Shown in pieces: positions 1 to 11,320 of a stretch of 64,000 nt of DNA. The DNA is taken from contig OZ365112.1 of the NCBI GenBank assembly GCA_977030845.1, forward strand, positions 22,878,001-22,942,000. Direction: 5' to 3'. The notes under the pieces are model-generated. The model searched no databases. It saw only the letters and a program-made list of their open reading frames with translations, and was not told the origin of the DNA. A program made the position numbers and the translations under genes. How positions within the stretch are numbered: position 1 is the stretch's first letter; each line of letters opens with the position of its first letter. The DNA comes from Fimbriosthenelais zetlandica (lineage: Eukaryota).

Positions 1-610
1 TCTGACGCTTCATAACGTTTTCCATCTTGAACGGATTTCTTTGTAACGTTTTCCTTGAAAGCGCTTTCCGCAAACAGGACGCTCAATTTTCAGAGAACGT
101 TGTCGCTTGTGACGTTAGCGAGCGCTTTGGGTTTTTGAACGCGCCTCGGGACTTCTCCGCCCGCTGACACGTTGTGAGCTGGCCGCAAAAAACTATTTTC
201 GTATAAAATCGGTTTCTTTACAGAATTTTGATTTCACATCAATATTATGATTACATAAATTCATGAAACTAATTATGGACAAGGACTTTGATAAATTCGT
301 TGCATTTAAAAGAGTTTTGAGAAGTACGAAAATGGCGCTGGATTTACGAAACCGTAGAGGGAAGTGTATGGTAGATGTAATGACCACATATGTAATAAGT
401 CTTTATGTGTACAGGCTAGCCAGTGATAGTATAGATGTACCTAAAAACGCCCTACATACAGGGAAGTCCCAAAATAGGAATAAGGAAATTAGTTCCCGAG
501 ATCGCCGCCTATAGCAGCACTGTACAGTCTCCTGTCATATCTTTCCCATAATCCATCATTATTCATAGCATCACTTCCGTCACTCATTTGGAACAGGCTT
601 TATATTATTT

Positions 611-935
611 GAACGCATCTGGGACCCCCGTCCCAAGAACGTTCGCGGGACAAATTTAATATTTAGAACAGACCCAGAACAGTTCTATGTCTTTTGGTAA
701 CATTTGAACTGGTCTAGAACCGTTATAAAATTTTATATTTTTTATATAATATTAAAGCCAAATTTCGCTGGGACCAATAGAAGACCATCTTTTCTGTTAG
801 TGCGGGACTACTCCCAAGAGGACATGGAACCAGTTGGGAACGCCTCTGGGACACCCGTCCCAAATGCGTGCTAAAAGCAATTAACTGTTCTGGAACCGTT
901 CGCACAGTCCCAGAACCGTGCGAACAGTCCCAGAC
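611..935. repeat. Dispersed direct repeats with internal palindromic GGGAC-N4-GTCCC boxes; probable transposon remnant
   Basis: gaacgcatctgggacccccgtcccaa (611-636) and gaacgcctctgggacacccgtcccaa (838-863) match at 24/26. A short tandem acagtcccaga x2 lies near 904-934. The region is CpG-rich relative to the window. Confidence 0.5.
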
Positions 936-1887
936 CTGTTAAAATGTATCTGAGAACGTGCAAAAACTTCCGAACGAAGAAGGGACGCAACAGGCATGTA
1001 GACATGATTTTTCACCCCATACACTTCGTCATGACTCCAGTGGAAGCAGCGCCACATAAGCGTAGTGGTAGGTCGGGGAACCAGTGTACCGGTACCAGTA
1101 ACTCACTGTACATGCTGTAAGCCTAGGCCTGTAGACAGTCTACCCTCCCACCCTCGTCCACTTTACTATGGAACGCCATAGGGCCATTTATTCTGTATTT
1201 GAACATTTTTGCAAATATTAAAAAAAATATCTTCAAATCATTTAGAGATATCTCCAACCAGCCACCGGAATTCTTTACGACAACCGGAAATGGGTTCGTG
1301 TTTCCGGCAAAACAAACAGGTCTCGACACCACACAGCTGAAGAAGACTGATTCATGTTGATTTACCTAACCTCGGGCCTCGTGTATGTCCTTTTTTCAAT
1401 ATTTTTTCCGCGCATCAAATAGTGAACACTTGTACCCAGTCTCAGCCGATGACAATCAATAATGATAATCAAAGTAAGGTTGCTACTACGGTGCCTTTTA
1501 GTTTCACAAATACTGACATAGTGCACATTCAAACTTTACTAACAACTCAACCTTAACCCTAGCCTAAATACTATTTGACCATGCCTAAATGACTATGCCT
1601 CACTGATACCATGGACTGTACTGTCTGTGTAGACTGTAGACTATCATTGGATTTGGTATTCATAATGAATTGACATCCAGAACTGAGTAAGCAAGGGCCA
1701 AGGCCTACCCGCTACGGCCGTACCGGTGCGCACGGCACTTAAGTTAGCCCAGGGCATAGATAATGCCATAGAACTAGAGAGAATTGAATTGAATTGAATA
1801 TACCTTCAGGGAATACATTGAGCAGATGTGATTATTGTGAATGAGACTGACGGGTCAGTAGTCGTCTACCAGCATCAACCACCAATA

Positions 1888-4800
1888 ATGCCTGAATCAG
1901 ACATGACCCAGGACGACCTACGTCTGCTGGCTGAGCAGAAGGAGCAAGAATGGCGCAAAATACAACAAATCAGGTAAGCCCACAATTCAGGCCCATCCAT
2001 TCACCTTAACTTTAGGCTTAAGACAAGTTTTCATATAAAACATTATTTTCCTTGATATCAAATTGCTGTGTCTATAATACTTCCATGACATTCTTTATCA
2101 GAACTTCTTCACTGGAAGTGTCCCTCAAAGAAAAGCAAAAGGAACAAGAGGAGCTCACAATGAAGTTCAACAAACTCAAAGAAGACTTCAAGTACAACTT
2201 GAAACTTCTCAATGACCGCCATGCTGAACTTGACAACTATGACAAGCTCGTGTCTGGTAAAGATATATTTGGATATTTTCATTCTTCTGTATTCTCTATA
2301 GTCTTTCTGATCTGTTCAGGCTTACCTACTGGTTATTTGGTTATTGCCTTGTCAAGAAAAAATACTGCATGTTGATATATTAATTTCCCCTTTTGTACAT
2401 TTTGAGTGTTTTTTTTCGGTTTAGGATTACGGTCTGCCATTTCTGCAAGAGACGCTGAAATTAGCGAACTCAAGATCCGTGTGGATGCTTACAAGACGAG
2501 CACAGATCGTGAGGCTGCATCTAGAGATGACATGGCCAGACATTACCAACAACGACTGAGAGAAGTACAGGCCGATTTAGACCAATACAGGGTGTAGGTT
2601 AACCTGTGATATTCATTTATATACCATTCAATCATTTTTTAATCCTCAGAATTGAAAGGTACACTTTGTCCAAGCACAGTATAATATGTAATTGCTGTTT
2701 CCTGATTTTCCAGGGCTAAAGATGAAGACATAGCCTCTGAACGTGAGAAACTAGAGACGAGTCGGAGACTGATGGAACGACGTATTCTCCACTTAGAGGA
2801 AGAACTGCAAACCCAGAAACATGAACTGAACTCAGGTTAGTTCACTTTAGCTCGGGGAAAGAAAATGTCACATATTGTGGACGTGTAAGTCCAAAAAGGG
2901 CGCATTGTATCAATATTATTCAAAATATTTAGGCCCATAGGAACCCCTAGGCTAATAAGCGTCAATTTTGGTAGCGCATACACTGGCAGCACACACGTGG
3001 TACCAAACAAAATGTCACATATTAATAATATACGGTTTTTGAGATGAAAAAAGATTGGAGTGTTATTCTTTGGTCTTGATATTTGAAATGTATTTATTAA
3101 AATAGATATTTATTCACCTGTATTAGGTTTTGAGGAGGCCATGAGGACTCGGGAACAAGACTTCAGGGCTCAGATTGACGAGATGAACACCACAGTACTA
3201 GCACATGAACTCCAGGTAATATGAGTAGAAAAAATATCGTAATATTTTAAATTCATGAATCAAATTGAGTGAAGTAAATTTGGCGGTGTTACAATAGGTT
3301 GATAAGTTTAAATTTCTGTTGAAGGTCAAATTGTTAAAGAAAGAGCTGGAGGTGGCCAAGTCTGCAGCAGAGAAAACAAATGCTGTTGTTAGTGAGTCAG
3401 ACTCTCACCAGAGGGAGTTAGAGAAGGCACTGAAGAAGGCACAGTGGGAACTTCATGATACTACAGCCATGAAAGATGCCAGGTCTGTCTTACTAATAAT
3501 AATACACCATGAAGAATGCCATACTAATCAGTGGAATTTATACAATTAATATTTCCTTTGAACTGTTCTTTTTTCTGTTCACAGAATTTCCGAGCTTCTA
3601 AAGAAAGTTGAACGATCAGAAAAAGATATGAAACACATGCAGGAAGATTTTGGAAGACGGTAAGTGATTTACATGTATCCAGTTTTATAATTTATTTTAG
3701 CTTTCAGAAATATCATTCTTCAAATCTGAGAGGGAACCCTGATTTCAGAAGGATAATTTATTTCACTGACCCTAAGTTCATCCCTTTGTAAAGGAACAAG
3801 TCACATGTAATGATTTACATTGTATTATCTTAACAGGTATAGTGAATTGGACCGTGTGTTGAGGGAGAGGGAAGCATGTATTACTAAATTGAAGGAAGCA
3901 GTCAATCAAAAAGATTCAGAGAAGGCCTCTCACATCCGCGAACTAGAGTCACAACTGGAGGAAGCTGGATTACAATTCAAACACATGGAGTGGAACCTGA
4001 CTGACATCACAAAAGACAAGGACAATACTATAGAACGGTGAGACATCCTCATCCCATCCTTTACAATTAGCCAATAAATAATTAATTTAAACTTTACAGA
4101 ACTAAAGTTAAGCAATTATAGGGAGCCTGCGTTTAGGATAACGACTATCTTTGTGTCCACTTGCTTGACGCTGGCCAAGCGACAATTAAAACAAAATATT
4201 TATATTATTACAATCATTGATATACACTTTTTTCTCTGTGTAAAATTTCAGACTTCAGATAGAGTTAAATGATACTAAACTGAAGCTTGATCAGCATGTG
4301 AACGAGTCACATAAAGATGAGTCGGCCAAGGATATAGAGATTGACAGACTGCGAGACTCGGAGGCCAGACTAAAAGATGACCTCGCTCAACGTAAAATAG
4401 ACTTAGAAAGGTAGGACGATTAAAATAATACAGTTGGGGTTTAAGACATTTTAGGCGAACAGATTTTCATTCTCCCCATTTACAGTTCAGGCGAAGGGCA
4501 GGTGAAAGAAAACATCCTTCGCCTGTTACTAACAGGCCTGTATAATATGAATGACATGTTTGTTGGTATATCTGTAGGTATAAGAAGGAGTTGATTGCCT
4601 CTGTAGACAGAGAGTCAGATTTACAGCGAGCTAAGTCTCAGCTGGAGCTGGAGTGGAAGCAGCGGTACGAGGATATAGAGAGACAACAGTATGAAGGTTC
4701 TGAAAGCCTCGTCAAGGGACTGACACGCGCCAGAGATAATGTACGTTTACTTGTTGATCTGTCAATTTATGTTACATTATGTCCAGGAACAGAAACAATT

Positions 4801-7800
4801 ACTTATGTTGACTCAATCATATTTTACAGGCACTGACAGAGTGTGCAGTCAAAGACACAAATTTGAAACGTCAGGAGGAACTGATCAAAGTTCTCAAGGC
4901 AGATCAGGAAGAGGCTTTCCTTACGCTGAAACAACATGGCCTGACTATAGATAGGTCTTTAAAAGTAAGTCAATTTATACTATACCTCTGGATCAATTAA
5001 AGTACCAGCAAATTATATCAAATATATTCTATGAATCTACTGATTTTCTTCTTGTTAATTATCTTTAAATAGCCTCCCTCCTCTGACACTGAGACTGACC
5101 CCGCCCAAGTCCAGGAGCTGAGGACGCAGAATGAGAACCTGCTGGCTGTCATACGTGAAATGAGGAAAGAGATGGAGACACTGGGGGCGGAGCTTCCTGC
5201 TAAAGTGGCCACGCCCACCCCACAGGCTCCACCCACCACCGACACCCGCAACTACCCAGTGGCCAACGGTAAGAATTCCATTGATATTAGTTGAAATAGT
5301 CTATAAATACTTAGTATTTTTATAAAATATTTCCCCCAACAGAAATTTGAATGCCATTCCATGATTCATTTTCTTTCCAGAGTATGTGAAAACATTAGAA
5401 AAAGAAGTCCAAACGTTGAAATCCAAACTCCGAAAACTGCAGCACGAAGCTGAACATAAATCCACAGCCAAGGCAGAGAGTCCTGAGAAAATTAACCTGG
5501 GTTCTGACGGAGATAACCCGGTAGTCAAATCACACATTGAGGGTCTCAATAATACCATAGGTGAGCTACTGTTAGACATTGAGATCATTTTTCAGAATGA
5601 TAAAATTATAAGAGCTTCCACAGTTGTGATAGTCAAATGAAATTTGCTTTTCTAGACCTGAAATATTTTGAAAGAATCGCCTTTTCCCACCCCCCATTCA
5701 GGTGCTCTTAGAACTGAGAAGATGGAACTGGTCACTCAACTCCGCAAACATCAAACCAGGATTTCCTACATTGAGTCAGAACTTAGTAATCTCTCCAAAG
5801 AGGTTAGTTTGACAAAATCCACTACATGGCTACATTACAATTGGCCTTTCTGAGAAAATGGATATTCGTATGCATAAGTCAAGTTAAAATCTGTCAAGTA
5901 GGATTTGAAACGAATCATATAATCCCAGCAAGTTCTAGGTTTCTCCCAATACAGCTGAAAATAATTGGTCTTAAGAAAACTCAAACGTTGAGATGAAAAT
6001 CGTGATGTATTGAATTGTGATTTATGTTGTGATTTGTTTTGGTTGCAGCCCATCCAGAAGCAGGCTCAGATAGAGCAGCTGCAGTACGAGCTCTCGTCAC
6101 AGCAGCGTCGTCATCAGGTAGAGGTGGCTGGTCTGAGAGCGCGGGTAGCAGACCTGGAACTACAGTTAGCTGAGACGAGGAAGGAAGCAGACGAGTATTA
6201 TAAAGCTACCATAGAACGCAACCTCGAGACGACAGCTCTGGGTCAAGAGGTAATGCTAACAACTATGTTGAACTTTTCCAAATAGATTGGAAGAGATTAC
6301 TCAACTAATTTGGCTAATTTGGAGAAAGTCCCTACACTTAATGTTCATTGTTTCTCACTTTATTTTTAATAGCTCTCAAAAATGAAGATGGAACTTGGAC
6401 AAAAGAGGCCAGCTGTCAACTTTGGTGCTCAGGTAAGAAAGGCTTATTTTGTCTAGAATTTAGATTAATCATTGATTGTCCCAATTAGAACGAATTCTGA
6501 ATAATACCAGGATATTTCTGACGCTTTTATATTGTCTTTCAGGAGTTGGTCATCCAGCAACTACAGAGTGAGATAAACCGGTTAACACAGCTCCACAAAC
6601 CTGAAGCTAGTTACGATGTCCACATACCTGAATCAGGAGGTCCTGGTCCAAAACGCTGGGCGGAGAACTCAGCCCTGAAGGATCTCCAGGCTAAACTAAA
6701 ACAAGCAGCGCGCCACATCACCACGCTGGCTCGCGAGAAGAAACAACTCATCGAGATGGGCAACCGTCTGAGAGCTCAACTATATAGTGCAGGTGAGTTT
6801 TATAAATTATTAATTACACAGTGAAGCGTTGTAAGTAAATGGTCAGCAGAGACCAGGCTAACAGACCCACATGCATGCTGGTGGGTGGGTCAAGCAAGAA
6901 GAAATGATTTAATTAAACAAAATATCTTCGACAAGGACCTGTGTATTTTGAAAACTAATCTACAAAGACTCCATTCGTCTTGCGATTTGTATCCAAGCCG
7001 TCAATGATATTTGTGAATGAAATTGGCAAAGGACAGAATCTGGAAGAAACGCTAGTTTGCGAAAGAAAACTATCCAAATTTACAAGGATTGTGAGTCAAG
7101 GAATGAAGTGAAGAATAAGACATTTCTGCATCATACTTATTGAGGATCACGTTAACCGACCCAATAGTGGGTAGTATAGTTCCATCCTTCCACCACCTGC
7201 AGTACTTAGTGGATTAGTGTAGCGTAATATAGGCCATCATTTCTATTTAGAGTTGAGCTTCTCTTTCAGGTGTTAAATCTGACGCCCCCTCTGGCGCCTC
7301 TGCCCCCCATGTAGGTCCACTAAGTTACGTTCCTCCAGGTGGAGTTGGTTTTAGTGGTCAAGCACGTCTGACCAGTGGTCATCTGGCCTCGTCCTCCGGC
7401 CTCATCCCTACCACCGCCTCATCCTCCCACATGATGACCGGTGAGTCGGCCATGTCCAGTGGTAGCGGCGGAGTGGCGGGTCTCTCAGAGAAAATGAAGA
7501 ACAAGCTCATTCAGCTAGAGAGACTCCAATATGAACTCACTAAACAGGTGCGTCAATACTTCCCTGAGTTCAAAACTCTTTAATTCCTCAAGTGCAACAA
7601 TAAGAAAGTCGTCATTTTAAAAGATTAAAATCCATCCAAAACATTTCACTAGTTTGGAATTCATATCTTCAAGAAAACTCCAAGAAATATTACTAAGACT
7701 GAGTCTGTATTGCTGTAGAAACTGGTGGGTGAGCAGCGTGAACCGCTGGTATCTACAGGAGAGCTGGACCTGTCTGTGTCATCTGGTTCTGTGTCTCTGG

Positions 7801-8570
7801 GTGTTATGAGTAGTGGAGGTGATGAGGATGAACCCACAGAGCAGGATGAATACCGACCTACATCCATACTCAAAAAACCACGAGATCCTCCCGTCAAACT
7901 CTCACCCGTGCCTGAACGTAAGTCTTGCTGCTTTGATTAGACAAGAAAAAAAAGAAAACCTCAGTATTTTTTTTCTCAGGCGGTATTATTAACGAACCTA
8001 ATGTTTGGTGATAGATGCGGTGCCAGTATCACGACCTCAGACTTCCGCGTCGGACGTTCCCCCACCTCGACCAACCTCCGCCCTGTCTGATACCTTTGGG
8101 CCGGGTGGAGGGCGGCGGTCAGCGCAGGGAGCCATGCTGAGTATGTCCTCTATGGGCATGTCATCACTGGGTGGACAATCACTGGCTGAGATCTGGAAGA
8201 TGTTAGATGACGAGGGAGCCAGTCCTAGACCCTTCACTCCACTCAACTCTACAGACGGTCAGAATCCTCTCATACTCTACTAGCTCACTCTATTTGACAC
8301 TATGGCTTTCAGAGAACATTTAAAATACATTTGGGATTGTCTTAAGCCTGCTCGCATGTCTCTGTAGGTCCGTTCCGTGGTCTCCAGTACCCTGGTGACG
8401 CCTATGATCGACCTAGCTCCTCCCACGAGCTCAGTGTTAGAGGTTCCCGCCCCCAGTTACAGCCACGCCCACAAGCCCAGCCGAGTGTCAGTCAGTCCGT
8501 CAGCAAGAAGAAGGGGAAGAAAGCAGGTCCCAAAACTAAAATACGCAACTACAATGTCAAGGATGATTAG
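1888..8570 (+). CDS. CCDC57: Coiled-coil domain-containing protein 57 (centriole/cilium-associated), about 1140 aa, 21 coding exons
   Basis: Exons: 1888-1973, 2102-2256, 2425-2593, 2714-2835, 3127-3215, 3325-3482, 3585-3659, 3837-4037, 4252-4410, 4578-4740, 4830-4964, 5073-5268, 5381-5560, 5702-5802, 6049-6249, 6373-6432, 6543-6792, 7270-7547, 7719-7917, 8015-8257, 8368-8570. All are GT-AG and phase-consistent (3423 nt). Motifs match recalled CCDC57: KEQEWRK, EDFKYNLKLL, TVLAHELQVKLLKKELE, ELEWKQRYEDIER, ENLLAVIREMRKEME and C-terminal KIRNYNVKDD*. A probable 5'UTR intron spans 1474-1809. Confidence 0.92.
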
Positions 8571-10338
8571 CACATTTTATACTGATAATGCGTAGTCTTT
8601 TCTTTTTGGATTTTGTGTCGGTTTAATGAAGCCTTGTCTATTCCTTAAATGTATGTTTTTTTACAAACGTTATTTTACCATTCCATTTTATCTTTCAAAA
8701 TCTTTTGGCTTATTTATCAATATATTATAATACTATTTTTATAATAATATTTCTTAAATGAAAACATATTAATGTTTTATACGACGACCGTGTATTTTAA
8801 TACTGAAGTATTCCATCGAAAAAGTGTTCAATAAGTAATGATTTTACGTTAAAATGGTCACCTTTTTGATGGTGTAATTCTAAAAAAAAGTCGAGGCTTT
8901 ATAATGATATAAGTGCCAATGTACTCTACTTCTATAGCTATCCTTTTATTGTGGGAGTATTGGGCCTTGGGCTTGTCACCTCTAGCCGACCTGTGTACAT
9001 TATATATTTATATGACATTCAATGAGAGTTTACCTCAGGAGTGACTCTTCCACCTGTAGTAGTATATACAGCATATTAACTCAGCCTCTCATCATCTATT
9101 CACGAGTCACGGTATTATGAAGCTGTTATTAACTGCTCCTTTTAATTATTGAGGCTGTTTTATACCGTGTCGTTTACCGTTGCCGTGGTCGCTGTCAACA
9201 CTTGATGTAAATATCAGTCCGTCCATTGTTTCTAGACCTGAAACACAAAAAATACATACTCCCCAGGCTGTTCAGCGGTGTGTCATCCTACCATGTTTAA
9301 ACATATCTCGCCTTTTGTATATAATTTTATACTATATGTGGCCAAGTCATTTTTTCCATCTCCATTGTACTACCATCATAATGCCATTATTTATCAATTC
9401 ATTTATCAACTCATTCTGTGTCCAACATGCATATCTTTTTATTTTCAAGCCCAGGTCGTGGCCATTTTTGTGCTTTTCTATATTACTGATTGGATCTATA
9501 TTATATACAAGACTTATTGCTGTGTTGGCCTTGCTAGTCCATTCATTGATCATTTCTGTATAAATAATTCATTATCTCATCCATTGTCACCCCCACCCAA
9601 CCCTGCCATCCCAGTCACTTATTGACGGACACAAGCTCAGACACAATGGGCTTATCCCACTCTTGATTTATGCTACAATCAAAGGCAGTAGATGAGAGAA
9701 AAATGTCACCCTGTCATACTGCTGAACATGGTCCATGTTATTTGGTTGATATGTTTGTGACGTGTCGTTTTAACGAACACTATTTTATCTCATAGTTTTA
9801 TGGCCAGTTTATTTTTTAATAGGGAACACGTTCTATTATTGAAAGAACTTAATGTATGATGATCTGAAAGTAAAAACTAGAATATAATTTTGCCTTGAAT
9901 ATTCCTTTAGTGTGGTCTTTTTAAATGTTTCGTCTTTAATCCCAGTCTGTCTGCATGATCCCCTTTATGAATCAGCTTGAATATAACTACTATTGCTACT
10001 ACTAAATTAGCGAAATTTTACATAAATTGAATTGTGTGATATCTTTATTGAACTCCATAAGAAATTATCAAATGGGTTTCCCTCTATTATAGGAATTTAT
10101 ATGAATACACCCTTTTTATTTTCAGGTATGTTGACTTTGAGCCATGTTGAATATATATAATTACTGTATGTAAGTATAAATAACATTTTGTCTCACAAAT
10201 CAATATAATTTTTCTAACTACAATTTACAAAGTTGTTATGTATCATTATGTATAATTATAGTCACGAATCGTTAGCCGGCAGCTGGTGAATGAATCGTTA
10301 CTGTGGTGAAACCTTAATGTCTTTAATCATTCTCTGTT

Positions 10339-10541
10339 TGTGACTGATTTTGGTCATGAATCAATCGCTCTGTGTGACTGAGTTTGGTCATGAATCGCTC
10401 TGTGACTGATTTAGGTCATGAATCGCTCTGTGACTGATTTAGGTCATGAATCGCTCTGTGACTGATTTGGGTCATGAATCGCTCACTGTGACTGATTTGG
10501 GTCATGAATCGCTCACTGTGACTGATTTGGGTCATGAATCA
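10339..10541. repeat. Minisatellite, 7 copies of a 28-34 bp unit (ggtcatgaatcgctc[ac]tgtgactgattt)
   Basis: The ggtcatgaatc core starts at 10352, 10386, 10414, 10442, 10470, 10500 and 10530 (spacing 34,28,28,28,30,30). Confidence 0.95.
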
Positions 10542-11320
10542 TAAGTAAGTGACGGACCTATTAGGCAGGTCCCACATTGTTCTCATCATGAGGTCAAAGT
10601 AACAGTCATCATTGATGGTGACACTGACACCAGAATAATAATCATGGAACTCCTCCCGCGTCACCACCCCATCTGGACGCGTGGGGTCGTCAAAGTGGTG
10701 CAGGAAGACCTGGAGAACCTGCTCCAGGCTCTTACGACCTTTAATGTAGTCAGGATGCTGCATGGCATTCTTCTTGTACGTCACTGAAATGAAAATATAT
10801 TATTTAGTTCTACATTTAATGTAAAGCAACATAATCCTGAAGGGTGGCATATACTATGAACCTCATGAATATGGAAATGTTAATGTAGAATCTCAAAGAT
10901 CATAAGTTTAACTCTATTCTGACAGGTAGAACCAATTATGAATATTGTTAAATGTATAGACCTACCATTGAGGTCCTCAATTTGGAGCTTGCCATCATGG
11001 TTGTGATCTAATTTATCAAATGCCTCATCGATGACACGTTTTCTGGCCTCTGAGAGTGGTGGTTTTAACGCGTCTACAAACTCCCTGAAATCAATAGTCC
11101 CACTGTTGTCTTTGTCGAAAGCTTGGAAGACTCTCTTCAAATCGCCCTTGGGAATCTGAATGCCATATTTCTCAAATCCTACCCTGAATTCATCAAATTG
11201 AATCCCGTGGGAGAAATCTTTGTCGAAGTTCCTGAAAACCGAGGATAGGCCGAGAATGCCTCGGATACCTTTCTTCATGCACGAGTCCCTGATGTAAGCG
11301 AGGATTTTACGGGTATCCAT
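10539..11320 (-). CDS. Calcyphosin-family EF-hand calcium-binding protein, 199 aa, 2 coding exons
   Basis: Exons 11320-10966 and 10783-10539 join in phase 1 (600 nt). EF-hand loops: DKDFSHGIQFDEF, DKDNSGTIDFREF, DHNHDGKLQIEDL. The calcyphosin-type C-terminal motif is HP..IKG...FD....DGVVTREEFHDYYSGVS..I.DD.YF.LMM..W. An in-frame TGA lies upstream of ATG 11320; an acceptor at 11518 implies upstream 5'UTR exon(s). Confidence 0.88.

Noticed and set aside
2589-2594. Apparent non-canonical GG-AG intron in CCDC57
   Set aside because: A canonical GTAGGT donor at 2594 restores the frame.
3930-8246. Minus-strand ORFs opposite CCDC57 exons (3930-4115, 5018-5251, 5301-5588, 7661-7897, 8037-8246)
   Set aside because: These are antisense shadows of real coding exons; the same applies to alternative-frame ORFs within Tob, TTC30, ASB and MYORG.
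10339-10541. Regularly spaced ~28-bp repeats as a CRISPR array
   Set aside because: The units are contiguous and near-identical with no unique spacers, there are no cas genes, and the context is eukaryotic; it is a minisatellite.
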